Shown piece after piece: positions 30,150-40,789 of a DNA stretch of 64,000 nucleotides. Origin of the DNA: an uncultured Flavobacteriales bacterium. GTDB taxonomy: Bacteria; Bacteroidota; Bacteroidia; Flavobacteriales; Flavobacteriaceae. Positions within the stretch are counted from its first letter, which is position 1. Each line of letters starts with the position of its first letter. Made by a program: the position numbers and the translations under genes. The stretch is from NCBI GenBank assembly GCA_913020155.1, contig CAJWBA010000006.1:5015-69014 (forward strand), written 5' to 3'. The notes below the pieces were generated by a model. That model was not told where the DNA came from. It saw nothing but the letters and a program-made list of their open reading frames with translations, and made no database searches.

Positions 30150-31124
30150 TTACCCCAGAATACGAACTGCATCTTTAGAACAGTATGTTGCAATGAGTGA
30201 TGCTCCAGCACGTTTAAATGAAACGAGTTGCTCGTACATAACAGCGTCGTAATCAATCCACCCTTTTTGACTTGCGGCTTTTAGCATTGCGTATTCACCA
30301 CTAACTTGATAGGCAGCAATTGGAATTTCAATTTGGTTGCTCAAATCACGAATAATATCCAAGTATGCTAGACCGGGTTTTACCATTACGATATCCGCAC
30401 CTTCTTCAATATCTAATTCTGTTTCTGTCAGGGCTTCTTTACGGTTATGAAAATCCATTTGATAGGTTTTTTTATCCCCAAAACCAGGCGCAGAATCTAA
30501 AGCTGATCGGAAAGGACCGTAAAATCCAGAAGCATATTTGGCGCTGTAGCTAAGTATTCCAGTATTATGAAATTTTTCTTGCTCAAGAAGAGTTCGAATA
30601 GCTAAAATCCTTCCATCCATCATATCACTGGGAGCAATAATGTCTGCACCTGCTTGTGCATGTGATAATGCCATTTGAGCAAGAACTTCAACAGTTGTGT
30701 CATTTAGTATCTTATTATTTTCAACAATTCCGTCATGACCAAAAGAAGAATAAGGATCCAGTGCAACATCTGTCATTATAATTATCTTTGGAGCAGCTTC
30801 TTTTATGGCCGAAATTGCTCTTTGCATCAAGCCTTTTGGATTGATAGCTTCTGTTCCTTTATTATCTTTTAATTCCTCAGGAACTTTTACAAACAACAGT
30901 ACAGACTTTAATCCCATATTCCAAAGTTCCAAGACCTCCTTTTTGGTATGATCCAAACTCATTCGATAATAGTCGGGCATGGAAGGAATTCTTTCTTTTA
31001 TGTCTTTTCCTTCTGCGATAAAAAGAGGTACGATAAAATCACTGGGTGTAATTATTTGTTCTCGAACTAAAGATCTGAGAGCTTCTGAACTTCTTAAACG
31101 TCTATTTCTTTTAATGGGATACAT
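30150..31124 (-). CDS. hemB: Porphobilinogen synthase (ALA dehydratase)
   Basis: DVALDPYSSFGHDG, APSDMMDGR, SYSAKYASGFYGPFR, VMVKPG, AYQVSGEY. Confidence 0.96.
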   Translation of the reverse strand: MYPIKRNRRLRSSEALRSLVREQIITPSDFIVPLFIAEGKDIKERIPSMPDYYRMSLDHTKKEVLELWNMGLKSVLLFVKVPEELKDNKGTEAINPKGLMQRAISAIKEAAPKIIIMTDVALDPYSSFGHDGIVENNKILNDTTVEVLAQMALSHAQAGADIIAPSDMMDGRILAIRTLLEQEKFHNTGILSYSAKYASGFYGPFRSALDSAPGFGDKKTYQMDFHNRKEALTETELDIEEGADIVMVKPGLAYLDIIRDLSNQIEIPIAAYQVSGEYAMLKAASQKGWIDYDAVMYEQLVSFKRAGASLIATYCSKDAVRILG

Positions 31125-31135
31125 ATTGTTGTAAT

Positions 31136-32437
31136 TTAGGTAAGGTCATCTTTTTCATTTGCAATTCCATCTAAGAATTCATCGAGAGAATTTGTGTTTG
31201 CTTCTTCTGTATTTTCTAAAAGGTCAGTCTCATCTTTATCCTCTGTCTTTTTCATGGTTCCAAGGGCCATGATCATCATGGATAACAAAATAACAACTAG
31301 TAAAACCCGTTCATCAATTATTGTTTTGGAAAGATCGATGAACGCAACTTCTTTGACTTGTATGAACAATAGTATGCTGATCAAACCACGTGGGGATATG
31401 TAAACAAGAGCAGAGGGGATTATTTTAAATGTAGAAACCGTAAAATAAATATAGCGGATTATCAACATTATTATAAAAATCAACAACCCAATCAAAAAAG
31501 GATTAAGAGAATTAAATTGAGTCAAGCTAATCGAAAAACCAAAAAATAAAAAAAAGAAGGTTTTAACTAAAAAAGTCGATTCTGCTGTAAGTATGTGAAA
31601 TTCGTGAAGTCCCTTTTCGGCTTGATTTAGATCTAAATATTTTTTCATAAACCCAGGAAGTAGAGCTTGAACATTGCTTAAAAACAGCCCAAAGATAAAA
31701 ATAGTAACTAAGGCTGGCAGATGGAAGAATTTACCAAAAGCATAGACCAAAACGAGTAAGGCAAGGATCAAAAAGAATTTTACATGATGCTCAATTTTTT
31801 GAAGTAGCTGAAAAAGAAGGTAAGTTATGAATAGTGATACCACAATAACTCCAATGATTTGTAAACCCAGTGCTATCATAGATTCAGGACTAATTAAACT
31901 CTGATTGGATTCAAATTGGCGGATTGCATAATTGAAAATCATGATTCCCAAAATGTCAGAGAAAGTAGATTCATAAACCACAAATTCTTTTTCATGATCC
32001 AATAAACCCGCTGCTGATGGAATTGCCACTGCGCTGCTAATTATTGCCAAGGGAATTGCAAAAATTACAGCAGTTTTATGTTCCATATTAAGGAAGTTTT
32101 GTAGAACCCATGCCACAGCGATAATATTTAAATTCAAAATGAGAGCAGCAGCAAAGAATCCTTTTAAGATAACTGGAAGCTTTTCTTTTTTGATGTCTAA
32201 TTCTAATGCTCCTTCTAGTACAATAAGAATTAAACCAACAGTTCCTATAACAGGAATCAGTTGATCCAAAAATTTAAACTCTGTAAAACCGTATAAATTG
32301 GTTCCGATCCGGACAATTATTCCGGTAAACATCAACAATATTACTGAAGGGAATTTTGTCTTTCGTGCAATCGCATCAAAAATGTAGGAAAACACTACCA
32401 AAAGAGGTAAAACAATTAAAATCGATAATGTATTCAT
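31136..32437 (-). CDS. Cation:proton antiporter family membrane protein
   Basis: About 12 TM helices; ISSAVAIP, YESTFSDILG, SPRGLIS motifs. Confidence 0.8.
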   Translation of the reverse strand: MNTLSILIVLPLLVVFSYIFDAIARKTKFPSVILLMFTGIIVRIGTNLYGFTEFKFLDQLIPVIGTVGLILIVLEGALELDIKKEKLPVILKGFFAAALILNLNIIAVAWVLQNFLNMEHKTAVIFAIPLAIISSAVAIPSAAGLLDHEKEFVVYESTFSDILGIMIFNYAIRQFESNQSLISPESMIALGLQIIGVIVVSLFITYLLFQLLQKIEHHVKFFLILALLVLVYAFGKFFHLPALVTIFIFGLFLSNVQALLPGFMKKYLDLNQAEKGLHEFHILTAESTFLVKTFFFLFFGFSISLTQFNSLNPFLIGLLIFIIMLIIRYIYFTVSTFKIIPSALVYISPRGLISILLFIQVKEVAFIDLSKTIIDERVLLVVILLSMMIMALGTMKKTEDKDETDLLENTEEANTNSLDEFLDGIANEKDDLT

Positions 32438-32485
32438 GTTTTGATGTTTTATTTCTCAAGGTTAAAATAGTAAAAACCTAGTAGA

Positions 32486-33388
32486 TTAGACCCATTTTCT
32501 GGGCTTTTTGAGCACCTCCATTAATTTGGACTCTGGAGAATCTTTTTCGGGAGTGTAATCATAACGCCACTGAACTTTAGGTGGTAAACTCATCAAAATA
32601 CTCTCAATTCTACCGTTAGTTTTTAACCCAAATAGAGTGCCCACATCGTGAACTAAATTAAATTCTACATAACGGCCTCTTCTTATTTCTTGCCATTCTT
32701 TTTGATCCTCTGTGAAGGGGAGGTCTTTTCTTAGATTCAAAATTGGGAGGTATGCGTTAAGAAAATTATCAGCAACATCTGTTACAAAAGAATACCATTG
32801 ATCTAGGGTTTTTTGTGGTGTTGGTTTTAAATAATCAAAGAATAGTCCTCCAAGACCGCGAGCTTCATTTCTGTGAGCATTCCAAAAATACACATCACAT
32901 TTTTCTTTGTAGCCTTCATAAAAATTTGGATCATGTCGATCGCAACTGTCTTTACAAACTTGATGAAAGTGAACAGCATCTTCTTCAAACAAATAGTAGG
33001 GTGTTAAATCTAATCCTCCTCCGAACCATTGATCTACGATATTTCCCTTGAGGTCATACATTTCAAAATAACGCCAATTCGCATGAACAGTTGGTAACAA
33101 TGGATTTTTTGGATGAAGAACCAAGCTCAATCCACAAGCATAAAAAGAACTTTGACTAACATTAAGGGTCGTTTGCATTGTCTTTGGTAGGTCTCCATGA
33201 ACCCTAGAGATATTTACTCCTCCTTTTTCAAAAACAGCTCCATTTTCGATCACTCGTGTTCTTCCACCGCCACCTTCAGATCTTTTCCAGATATCCTCCT
33301 TAAAAGTTACTTTCCCATCGGATAATTCCAATACATCGGTAATCTTATCTTGAAGTTTGCAAATGTAATCATAGAAAATTTCTTTCAT
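32486..33388 (-). CDS. hemF: Oxygen-dependent coproporphyrinogen III oxidase
   Basis: FEKGGVN, PTVHANWRYF, WFGGGLDLTP, RGLGGLFFD, RRGRYVEFNL. Confidence 0.96.
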   Translation of the reverse strand: MKEIFYDYICKLQDKITDVLELSDGKVTFKEDIWKRSEGGGGRTRVIENGAVFEKGGVNISRVHGDLPKTMQTTLNVSQSSFYACGLSLVLHPKNPLLPTVHANWRYFEMYDLKGNIVDQWFGGGLDLTPYYLFEEDAVHFHQVCKDSCDRHDPNFYEGYKEKCDVYFWNAHRNEARGLGGLFFDYLKPTPQKTLDQWYSFVTDVADNFLNAYLPILNLRKDLPFTEDQKEWQEIRRGRYVEFNLVHDVGTLFGLKTNGRIESILMSLPPKVQWRYDYTPEKDSPESKLMEVLKKPRKWV

Positions 33389-33399
33389 AAAAAAACGAT

Positions 33400-34425
33400 T
33401 TAATTTCCATATTCTTTAACAGAATCAACAAATGCCTGAGCATGACTTACAGGGATGTTGGGCAAAATCCCATGACCAAGATTTACAATGTAACGATCTT
33501 TACCAAAGGCATCTATCATTTTTGTAACATCAGTTTTAATTTTTGGAATAGGAGATAATAACTGTGATGGGTCGTAGTTTCCTTGTAGAGTGATATTTTC
33601 ACCCGACAAATAGCGTGCGTTGCGTGCAGAACAAGTCCAGTCTACCCCAAGTGCGCTAGCGCCTGACTGAGACATTTCTTGAAGGGCAAACCAGCATCCT
33701 TTCCCAAATACAATTACGGGGCACAAGTCCTTTACTGCGGTCACAATTTGTTGGATGTATGGCCACGAAAACACTGCGTAATCCTCTGGAGAAAGTAAAC
33801 CTCCCCAAGAATCAAATATCTGCAATGCATTGACCCCGCTTGCTGCTTTGGCTCTCAAGTAATCAATGGTTGTATCCGTGACTTTTTGAAGTAATTCATG
33901 CGCCATTTCAGGTTCAGTAAAACAAAATTCCTTTGCCTTATCAAAGGTTTTGGATCCTTGCCCTTGAACGGCATAACAAAGTAATGTCCATGGTGATCCT
34001 GCAAAACCAATTAGAGGGACTTCGTTATTGAGTTCTTGTTTGGTCATTTTTACCGCCTCAAGAACATAACTCAAAGCTTCTTCTACATGAGGAATAACAA
34101 CTTGATCAAGTGCTGCTCGATTTCGAATTGGATTTGGAATCCAAGGGCCAACATTGAGTTTCATTTCAACTTCAATATTCATGGCTTGAAGTACAACAAG
34201 TATGTCGCTGAATAAAATGGCTGCATCGGGACCAATTTGACGAATGGGCATTATCGTTATTTCTGTTGCGAGTTCGGGGGTTTGGCAGCGTGTAAAGAAA
34301 TCATACTTTGCTTTTAATTTCATGAAGTCTGGTAAATACCTGCCTGCTTGACGCATCATCCAAACCGGAGGTCTAGAAACGGTCTCTCCTGATAAGGCTT
34401 TGAGAAATAAATCATTTTTAATCAT
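33400..34425 (-). CDS. hemE: Uroporphyrinogen decarboxylase
   Basis: [37 protein letters not shown]. Confidence 0.96.
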   Translation of the reverse strand: MIKNDLFLKALSGETVSRPPVWMMRQAGRYLPDFMKLKAKYDFFTRCQTPELATEITIMPIRQIGPDAAILFSDILVVLQAMNIEVEMKLNVGPWIPNPIRNRAALDQVVIPHVEEALSYVLEAVKMTKQELNNEVPLIGFAGSPWTLLCYAVQGQGSKTFDKAKEFCFTEPEMAHELLQKVTDTTIDYLRAKAASGVNALQIFDSWGGLLSPEDYAVFSWPYIQQIVTAVKDLCPVIVFGKGCWFALQEMSQSGASALGVDWTCSARNARYLSGENITLQGNYDPSQLLSPIPKIKTDVTKMIDAFGKDRYIVNLGHGILPNIPVSHAQAFVDSVKEYGN

Positions 34426-35092
34426 GATGTTGTAACTGTTTTTTTAATTCAAAAATCATATGCTCTACTGTTGGATAGGAGGCAATTATGATTCTTTTGG
34501 AATTATTTTTTAAGGCTTCAGCTGTAGTCGTACCTATGCAAATAGAGGTCGTTTGTTTGAAACTGTTGTTTTGTAGGAAACTACGAACTCCACTTGGACT
34601 GTAAAATAGCACATAATCAAATTTTCCAACTGCTTTCGGTTTCAAAAATGTCTGATACACTTCAAGGGGTTCAATATGAATTTTATGGGTATCCAATTGG
34701 TCTTCCAAATCGGCTCGTCTTTCTTTTCCGCAAAAAAACAAAAATCGCTCATTTTGGGCTTTTTTTACAATAAAATTGGCTAATTTGGAAGCATTTTCTT
34801 CAAAATGAGTTACTTTTTGCCCATTTATAGATAAAAGCTTTTTGGTCTTCTCACCCACACAATAACATTTTTTATCTCTTAAAATTATTTTGTAATTCTG
34901 ATTTTTAAAAACCGATTTCACCGCATTTTGACTTGAAAATAAGAGGGTATGTTTATTTTCTGTGTAGTTAAATGAAATTGCTCCTGTTTCGATAAAATTT
35001 CGTTCCACATAGTTGCATCCAAATTCAACTATTCTATTTTTTTGAATTTGTGAAAGCACTTTTGTTGAAAGGATTCGAGTTGTACTGCTCAT
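34418..35092 (-). CDS. hemD: Uroporphyrinogen-III synthase
   Basis: FSSQNAV, CVGEKT, VYQT, FYSPSGV, IGTTTA; lies between hemC and hemE. Confidence 0.88.
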   Translation of the reverse strand: MSSTTRILSTKVLSQIQKNRIVEFGCNYVERNFIETGAISFNYTENKHTLLFSSQNAVKSVFKNQNYKIILRDKKCYCVGEKTKKLLSINGQKVTHFEENASKLANFIVKKAQNERFLFFCGKERRADLEDQLDTHKIHIEPLEVYQTFLKPKAVGKFDYVLFYSPSGVRSFLQNNSFKQTTSICIGTTTAEALKNNSKRIIIASYPTVEHMIFELKKQLQHHD

Positions 35093-35997
35093 GAGGAAGA
35101 TTTGAGTTCTTGAAGCAAGTCTGCCGCCCCCTCTTTTAGAAGTTGATTGGCGAGTTTCATCCCTTTTTTATTCGTTGATTTTTCGAATGTTTCGACAATA
35201 ATAAATTTACGGTTTCCATCCAATGAAAAAACACCTCCTTGAAACTGAATATTGTTTCCTTCAACAGTAGCTAAAGCTCCAATGGGAGCTGTACATCCCC
35301 CTTCGAGGGTTCGTAAAAAGTCTCTTTCAATTTGGGTACATAAAGCAGTTTCGGGATGATTGAACTGTTTTAAGGTATTTACTAAAGCTTTGTCTTTAGA
35401 TTTACACACGATCATCAATGCCCCTTGAGCTGGTGCAGGAATCATCCAATTTAATATTTTAACACTTTCGTTTTCTGTTTTTAGTCTAACTAAAGCAGCT
35501 TCCGCAAATATTGCTCCATCCCAATCTTCATTTTTTAACTTGGTCAAACGCGTTTGTATGTTACCTCTTAGTGGGACAATATTATGATTTGGGAATTTGG
35601 ATAGCCATTGTGCTTTTCTTCTCAAACTCCCTGTGGCTATTTTTTGAGGAATTCCAGGAGAAGACGCATTTTTTTTTTTAACAAAAACATCTTTTACTGG
35701 CCCTCGTTCTAAGACTGCGGCTTGCAGAATTCCTTCAGGTAAAAGCGTAGGAACATCTTTCATGCTATGGATGGCAAGATCGATTCGATCATTCAATAAA
35801 GCGGTGTCTAATGTTTTAGTAAAAACCCCAATTGTACCCATTTCATAAAGAGGCTGAACCAAGTCCAAATCACCTTCACTTTTAATAGGAATAAGTTCAC
35901 TTGAAAAGCCTTTAGAATTCAATAGATTTTGAAAGGTATGAGCTTGCCACAATCCCAAGGCACTTTCTCGGGTACCGATTCGAATTACCTTATTCAT
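35089..35997 (-). CDS. hemC: Hydroxymethylbilane synthase
   Basis: IGTRES, AIHSMKDVP, TGSLRR, RGNI, PAPAQG, LEGGCTAPIG. Confidence 0.96.
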   Translation of the reverse strand: MNKVIRIGTRESALGLWQAHTFQNLLNSKGFSSELIPIKSEGDLDLVQPLYEMGTIGVFTKTLDTALLNDRIDLAIHSMKDVPTLLPEGILQAAVLERGPVKDVFVKKKNASSPGIPQKIATGSLRRKAQWLSKFPNHNIVPLRGNIQTRLTKLKNEDWDGAIFAEAALVRLKTENESVKILNWMIPAPAQGALMIVCKSKDKALVNTLKQFNHPETALCTQIERDFLRTLEGGCTAPIGALATVEGNNIQFQGGVFSLDGNRKFIIVETFEKSTNKKGMKLANQLLKEGAADLLQELKSSS

Positions 35998-37246
35998 GGG
36001 ATTCAATGTCAAGTTGAAAGACCTCACTGATTACATCAAGCGTGCTGTCGGCTTTGGATGGATTTTCTTTGAGGTAATTAGCAACTTGACCTGTGATTTT
36101 TTGAATCATTTGTTCCGAAATGGTCGCAGTTGCTGAATTAAAAACACAAAGAACTTCTTTTTTTTCTTGTGTCTTAATTTCAGAAATTTGTTGTTGAGTT
36201 AATTTGGCTTTCAATGCTCTCAAAGTGGGAGCATATTGTCTGTGACCCAACCACTCTAGAAATTCATCTTTCACCTCTTCCAAAATAGATTCTGCTTGTG
36301 GAATGTATTTTCTTCGGTCTTCTAGTGCTTTATTGGTGATTTGAGAAAGGGTATCCAAATTTATGAGCGTAACATGTTCCAATTCTTTAACGTTTGGATT
36401 TACATTACTGGGGATAGATAAATCTAAAATTAATAAAGGAGAATCTTTGTGAATAATATCTTTTGAGACAGTAGGTTGTTGAGCGCCTGTAGAGACAATC
36501 AAAACATCTGTTTTTCTGATTTCGGTGGGTAAGTCTCCATATTCTTTTACCAACACATTAAATTTTCCTGCAACGTTTTTCGCCTTTTCATGGGTGCGGT
36601 TGATTAAAACAATATGATTATTTTCTGTATGTTTGATCAAATTTTCACAGGTATTTCTTCCAATTTTTCCGGTCCCAAAAAGCAAAATATTTTTATCAGA
36701 TATTTTTTCAATGGTATTTATTATGTATTGAACCGAAGCAAAGGCTACTGAAGTAGCACCACTTGAGATTTTAGTTTCTGTTTTAATTCTCTTACTTGCT
36801 TGAATAACTGCATTAACCAGGCGCTCCATAAAACCTTGAATCATTCCCATTTTTTTGGAACGATAAAAACTTTGTTTCATTTGACCAATGATTTCAAAGT
36901 CTCCAAGTATTTGGCTGTCTAAACCTGTACCAACTCTAAAAATATGATGAATAGCAGCACTGTTTTTTAGGGTGTAGCCAATTTTATCAAATACAGACGA
37001 ACTCCCTTGTGAGTGCATACATAGTAAATTGATTAGTTGAGAAGGGTCAGTTACTTGGGCGTAAAGTTCAGTGCGATTACAAGTAGAGTTGACAAGAATT
37101 TCTTTAATACCTTCTTTTTTTGCATCTAGAATAAGAGCGTCTCTTTGCTCTAAACCAAGACTGAAATCACCTCTTGTTTTGAGATCGGCGTTCTTGTAAC
37201 TTACACCGAGGGCGTAAAAATGTTTCTTGTTGTTCGAAACTTCCAT
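35990..37246 (-). CDS. hemA: Glutamyl-tRNA reductase
   Basis: STCNRTE, GLDSQILGDFEIIGQ, GTGKIG, DLSIP. Confidence 0.96.
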   Translation of the reverse strand: MEVSNNKKHFYALGVSYKNADLKTRGDFSLGLEQRDALILDAKKEGIKEILVNSTCNRTELYAQVTDPSQLINLLCMHSQGSSSVFDKIGYTLKNSAAIHHIFRVGTGLDSQILGDFEIIGQMKQSFYRSKKMGMIQGFMERLVNAVIQASKRIKTETKISSGATSVAFASVQYIINTIEKISDKNILLFGTGKIGRNTCENLIKHTENNHIVLINRTHEKAKNVAGKFNVLVKEYGDLPTEIRKTDVLIVSTGAQQPTVSKDIIHKDSPLLILDLSIPSNVNPNVKELEHVTLINLDTLSQITNKALEDRRKYIPQAESILEEVKDEFLEWLGHRQYAPTLRALKAKLTQQQISEIKTQEKKEVLCVFNSATATISEQMIQKITGQVANYLKENPSKADSTLDVISEVFQLDIESHE

Positions 37247-37293
37247 TAGGTTGATCTAATCGCTGGTAAAAGTAAGGGGCTTGTTTCAAAAAA

Positions 37294-37450
37294 AGTAACG
37301 TTAAAAGAACAAATAATAACGCAAAGAGTTTATTTTTACATCACAAACGCTAAGTTACTATAAAATAAAGGATTTAAGCCTTGTTTCACTAGCGTTATTT
37401 AGAGTGTTTCTAAATAAATTAAAAATAGATTATGCAAAAAAATAACGATG
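37294..37450. promoter_or_regulatory. Repeated AATAACGCTA-like motif in the hemA/araC divergent control region
   Basis: AGTAACGTTA (37294), AATAACGCAA (37315, 21 bp later), ACAAACGCTA (37343), inverted TAGCGTTATT (37390), AATAACGATG (37441). Confidence 0.55.
37395..37417. promoter_or_regulatory. Perfect 9-5-9 palindrome, Flavobacteriales-type Fur-box-like operator
   Basis: TTATTTAGA-gtgtt-TCTAAATAA, ending 14 nt before the araC ATG. Confidence 0.7.
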
Positions 37451-38319
37451 AAAGTAATAATTCTAGAATTACAATTGAAGATGGTTTTTATGTATTTCGA
37501 CTTCAGAACAATACCGATCAAGTAACTCGCGAATTACACGATATTAGCAGCAATTACATTCAGTTTCATTTTTGTATGAAAGGGGAGGGTAATTTTTTGT
37601 TTAATATGGGGAATTATATTTTTAATGTAAAGGAGGAGCATTCTATTTTGTTGTACAATCCACAAAGAGATCTGCCGATTGATCTAAAACTACAACCGAA
37701 TACATGGATAATCGGAATTGTGATTTCCATCAAAAAATTTCACGGTCTATTTTCTCAAGATGCTGACCATATCCATTTTTTAAGCCCCGAAAACAGTACA
37801 AAAAAGTACTACGACAACGATGTTGTCAGTCCCAGTATGGCAGTGGTGCTCAGTCAAATATTAAGTTCTAATATTCACGAAAGTATGAAAGCACTTTATT
37901 TAAAAGGCAAGGTATACGAGCTTTTGAGTTTGTATTTTAATAAGAATGAAGATACCGATATTGAGCAATGTCCATTTTTGATCGATGAAGATAATATTCG
38001 TAAAATAAGATTGGCAAAAGAATTGATTCTCAAAAACATATCTGAGCCTCCATCACTTCAAATACTTTCAGAATCCATAGGCTTGAGTTTAAATAAGTTA
38101 AAGGAAGGATTTAAACAATTGTATGGTGATACAGTATTTGGTTACCTTCTAGACCACAAAATGGAGGAAGCTCGACGAATGTTAGCATCTAAAAACTACA
38201 ATGTTAATGAAGTTGGATTAAAAATTGGGTACAGTACTTCCAGTCACTTTATTGCTGCTTTTAAAAAGAAGTATGGAACAACTCCAAAAAAATACTTAAT
38301 GTCATTATCTTCGCAGTAA
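37432..38319 (+). CDS. AraC-family transcriptional regulator linked to the hem genes
   Basis: C-terminal double HTH (LSESIGLSLNKLKEGFKQLYG; VNEVGLKIGYSTSSHFIAAFKKKYGTTP), cupin-like N-terminus, EQCPF linker. Confidence 0.93.
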   Translation: MQKNNDESNNSRITIEDGFYVFRLQNNTDQVTRELHDISSNYIQFHFCMKGEGNFLFNMGNYIFNVKEEHSILLYNPQRDLPIDLKLQPNTWIIGIVISIKKFHGLFSQDADHIHFLSPENSTKKYYDNDVVSPSMAVVLSQILSSNIHESMKALYLKGKVYELLSLYFNKNEDTDIEQCPFLIDEDNIRKIRLAKELILKNISEPPSLQILSESIGLSLNKLKEGFKQLYGDTVFGYLLDHKMEEARRMLASKNYNVNEVGLKIGYSTSSHFIAAFKKKYGTTPKKYLMSLSSQ

Positions 38320-38366
38320 AATTGCTGAACAACAGGAGACTATCCTGCTACATGAAAAGAGAATTT

Positions 38367-39395
38367 ATGAAAGGAGTATTATTGGTTAATTTAGGGTCAC
38401 CTGATAGCCCAAACCCTAAGGATGTTAAAAGATATTTAGGAGAATTTTTAATGGATGAACGGGTTGTAGATTTGCCTAAATTATTCCGAACCATTTTGGT
38501 TAAAGGAATTATTTTAAACACCCGTCCAAAACAGTCTGCAAAGGCCTACAAAAAAATATGGTGGGACGAAGGATCGCCTTTGATTGTATTATCCGAAAGG
38601 CTTCTAGGGAAAATATCTGAAAACGTATCTATCCCCGTTGGTTTGGCAATGCGATACGGGAAAATGTCTATTAAAAAAGGACTTCAGGAATTAGTAGATC
38701 AAGGAGTAGATGATATTTTCATTATTCCATTGTACCCTCAATTTGCAATGGCAACAACTGAGACAATTCTTGTGCTTGCCGAAGAACTTAGAAAAGAATT
38801 TTTCCCCAAGGTTTCGTTTACTTCTTTACCCGCTTTTTACAACCATCCTGATTATGTTCGTGTTTTGTCAGACTCAATATCTGACGGACTGAAAGGCAAA
38901 AATTGGGAACACTTACTTTTTTCTTATCATGGAGTGCCCGAACGACATATTCGAAAATCTGATGTAACAAAATCACATTGTAAAATCAATGGAGAATGTT
39001 GTGTTACTGCCTCTAAAGCACATGAGTTTTGCTATCGTCATCAATGTTATGAAACCACCCGTTTGGTAGCAGAATATTTAGAGCTAAAAAAAGGTACTTA
39101 CTCTACATCTTTTCAATCCCGATTAGGAGTTGACCCATGGTTACAACCATACACAGATCGAACAGTTGCCAATTTTGCTAAAAGCAACATCAAAAAATTG
39201 GCAGTCGTTACCCCGGCATTTGTTTCAGATTGTTTAGAAACTTTGGAAGAAATAGGAATGGAGGCAGCCGAAGATTTTGAAGAAAAAGGAGGTGAACAAT
39301 TGCATGTAATTCCGTGCATTAATGATCGCAAAGAATGGATTAGTGTAATGAGTAGATGGATTGATGAATGGGCTTTAGCTGAAGTTAAGTCTTGA
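38367..39395 (+). CDS. hemH: Ferrochelatase
   Basis: LVNLGSP, AMRYG, PLYPQF, FSYHGVP, FQSRLG..WLQP, FVSDCLETLEEI. Confidence 0.96.
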   Translation: MKGVLLVNLGSPDSPNPKDVKRYLGEFLMDERVVDLPKLFRTILVKGIILNTRPKQSAKAYKKIWWDEGSPLIVLSERLLGKISENVSIPVGLAMRYGKMSIKKGLQELVDQGVDDIFIIPLYPQFAMATTETILVLAEELRKEFFPKVSFTSLPAFYNHPDYVRVLSDSISDGLKGKNWEHLLFSYHGVPERHIRKSDVTKSHCKINGECCVTASKAHEFCYRHQCYETTRLVAEYLELKKGTYSTSFQSRLGVDPWLQPYTDRTVANFAKSNIKKLAVVTPAFVSDCLETLEEIGMEAAEDFEEKGGEQLHVIPCINDRKEWISVMSRWIDEWALAEVKS

Positions 39396-40732
39396 TGCAA
39401 CAGAAAGCAATTCAAATGGGTACCGATCCCATTGGTAAATTATTACTTCGACAGTCAGTTCCGGCTTCTATCGGAATTTTGGTCATGTCTTTAAATATTT
39501 TAATTGATACTATTTTTGTGGGTCAATGGATTGGTTCCAATGCCATAGCAGCAATAAACGTAGTTCTTCCAGTTTCTTTTTTTATTGCAGCTTTAGGAAT
39601 GTCTATCGGAATGGGAGGAGGCTCTATTATTTCCAGAGCTTTGGGCAGTAGCCAAAAATCTAAAGCCAATAAAACTTTTGGAAATCAACTGACTCTAACT
39701 TTATTATTTACCATAAGTTTTATGACATTGGGATTGGTTTTTATGGAATCCATAATTCCAATATTTGGAGGAAAAGGCGCCTTGTATGCACCAGCAAAAA
39801 TATACTACACAATTGTTTTGTACGGAGTTCCGGTTTTGGGATTAGCAATGATGGGTAACAACATCATTCGTTCAGAGGGAAAGCCAAAATACGCAATGTA
39901 CGCAATGATGCTGCCTTCGATTTCTAATCTTTTGCTAGACTATGTTTTTATTCATGTATTTGATTGGGGTATGGAAGGTGCCGCTTGGGCCACAACATTG
40001 TCTTATGGAATATGTATGGCCTACATATTTTATTTTTTTGTTTCTGGAAAATCTGATTTATTTTTAAAAGCTTCAGATTTATCTCTTGACTTCTCAATCG
40101 TGAAAGAGATAGGATCTTTGGGATTTGTTACCCTATCACGACAAGCTGCTGTGAGCATAACCGTACTTTTAGTTAATAACATTCTTTTCGAATTATCAGG
40201 TGAATCTACTGTTGCTGTGTATGCAATTATTAGCCGAATGCTCATGTTTGCATTATTCCCAATTTTAGGAATCACGCAAGGATTTGTTCCCATTGCAGGT
40301 TTTAATTATGGTGCAAATAAAAGAGAACGAGTTCTTGAAGTTATTCGAACTGCATTATTATCTTCTAGTGTTTTAGCAACTTTTGTTTTCCTTGTAATCA
40401 TTTTTTTTTCAAAGGAAATTGCTAGTGCTTTTACTCAAGATATTGATATTATTTTGAAAACAAAAAAAGTTTTGACATGGGTCTTTTTATCTACTCCTAT
40501 CATAGGAATACAGTTGATAGGATCTGCTTATTTTCAAGCCATAGGAAAAGCAATTCCAGCACTTTTATTGACCCTAACGCGGCAGGGATTTTTCTTTGTT
40601 CCTTTAATTTTGATTTTACCTCAATATTTTGGGGAATTTGGAATTTGGATATCCTTCCCAATTGCTGAGTTTGTTTCCACAATTGTTACAGCATATTTTT
40701 TAAGAAAAGAATTGAAACAATACCGTGAGTAG
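39395..40732 (+). CDS. MATE-family efflux transporter
   Basis: 12 TM helices; IDTIFVG..AIAA, IRSEGKP, NLLLDYVFI..GMEGAAWAT, GFNYGA. Confidence 0.92.
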   Translation: MQQKAIQMGTDPIGKLLLRQSVPASIGILVMSLNILIDTIFVGQWIGSNAIAAINVVLPVSFFIAALGMSIGMGGGSIISRALGSSQKSKANKTFGNQLTLTLLFTISFMTLGLVFMESIIPIFGGKGALYAPAKIYYTIVLYGVPVLGLAMMGNNIIRSEGKPKYAMYAMMLPSISNLLLDYVFIHVFDWGMEGAAWATTLSYGICMAYIFYFFVSGKSDLFLKASDLSLDFSIVKEIGSLGFVTLSRQAAVSITVLLVNNILFELSGESTVAVYAIISRMLMFALFPILGITQGFVPIAGFNYGANKRERVLEVIRTALLSSSVLATFVFLVIIFFSKEIASAFTQDIDIILKTKKVLTWVFLSTPIIGIQLIGSAYFQAIGKAIPALLLTLTRQGFFFVPLILILPQYFGEFGIWISFPIAEFVSTIVTAYFLRKELKQYRE

Positions 40733-40789
40733 ACCAAGCTAGTTTTATCTTTCTTTTTGTACTTTAGAACATCTAAAACAATCCTTTTA

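Noticed and set aside
35669-35679. 11-nt homopolymer in hemC as a phase-variation switch
   Set aside because: The frame is intact (KKKN), the gene is probably essential, and such runs are expected in AT-rich DNA.
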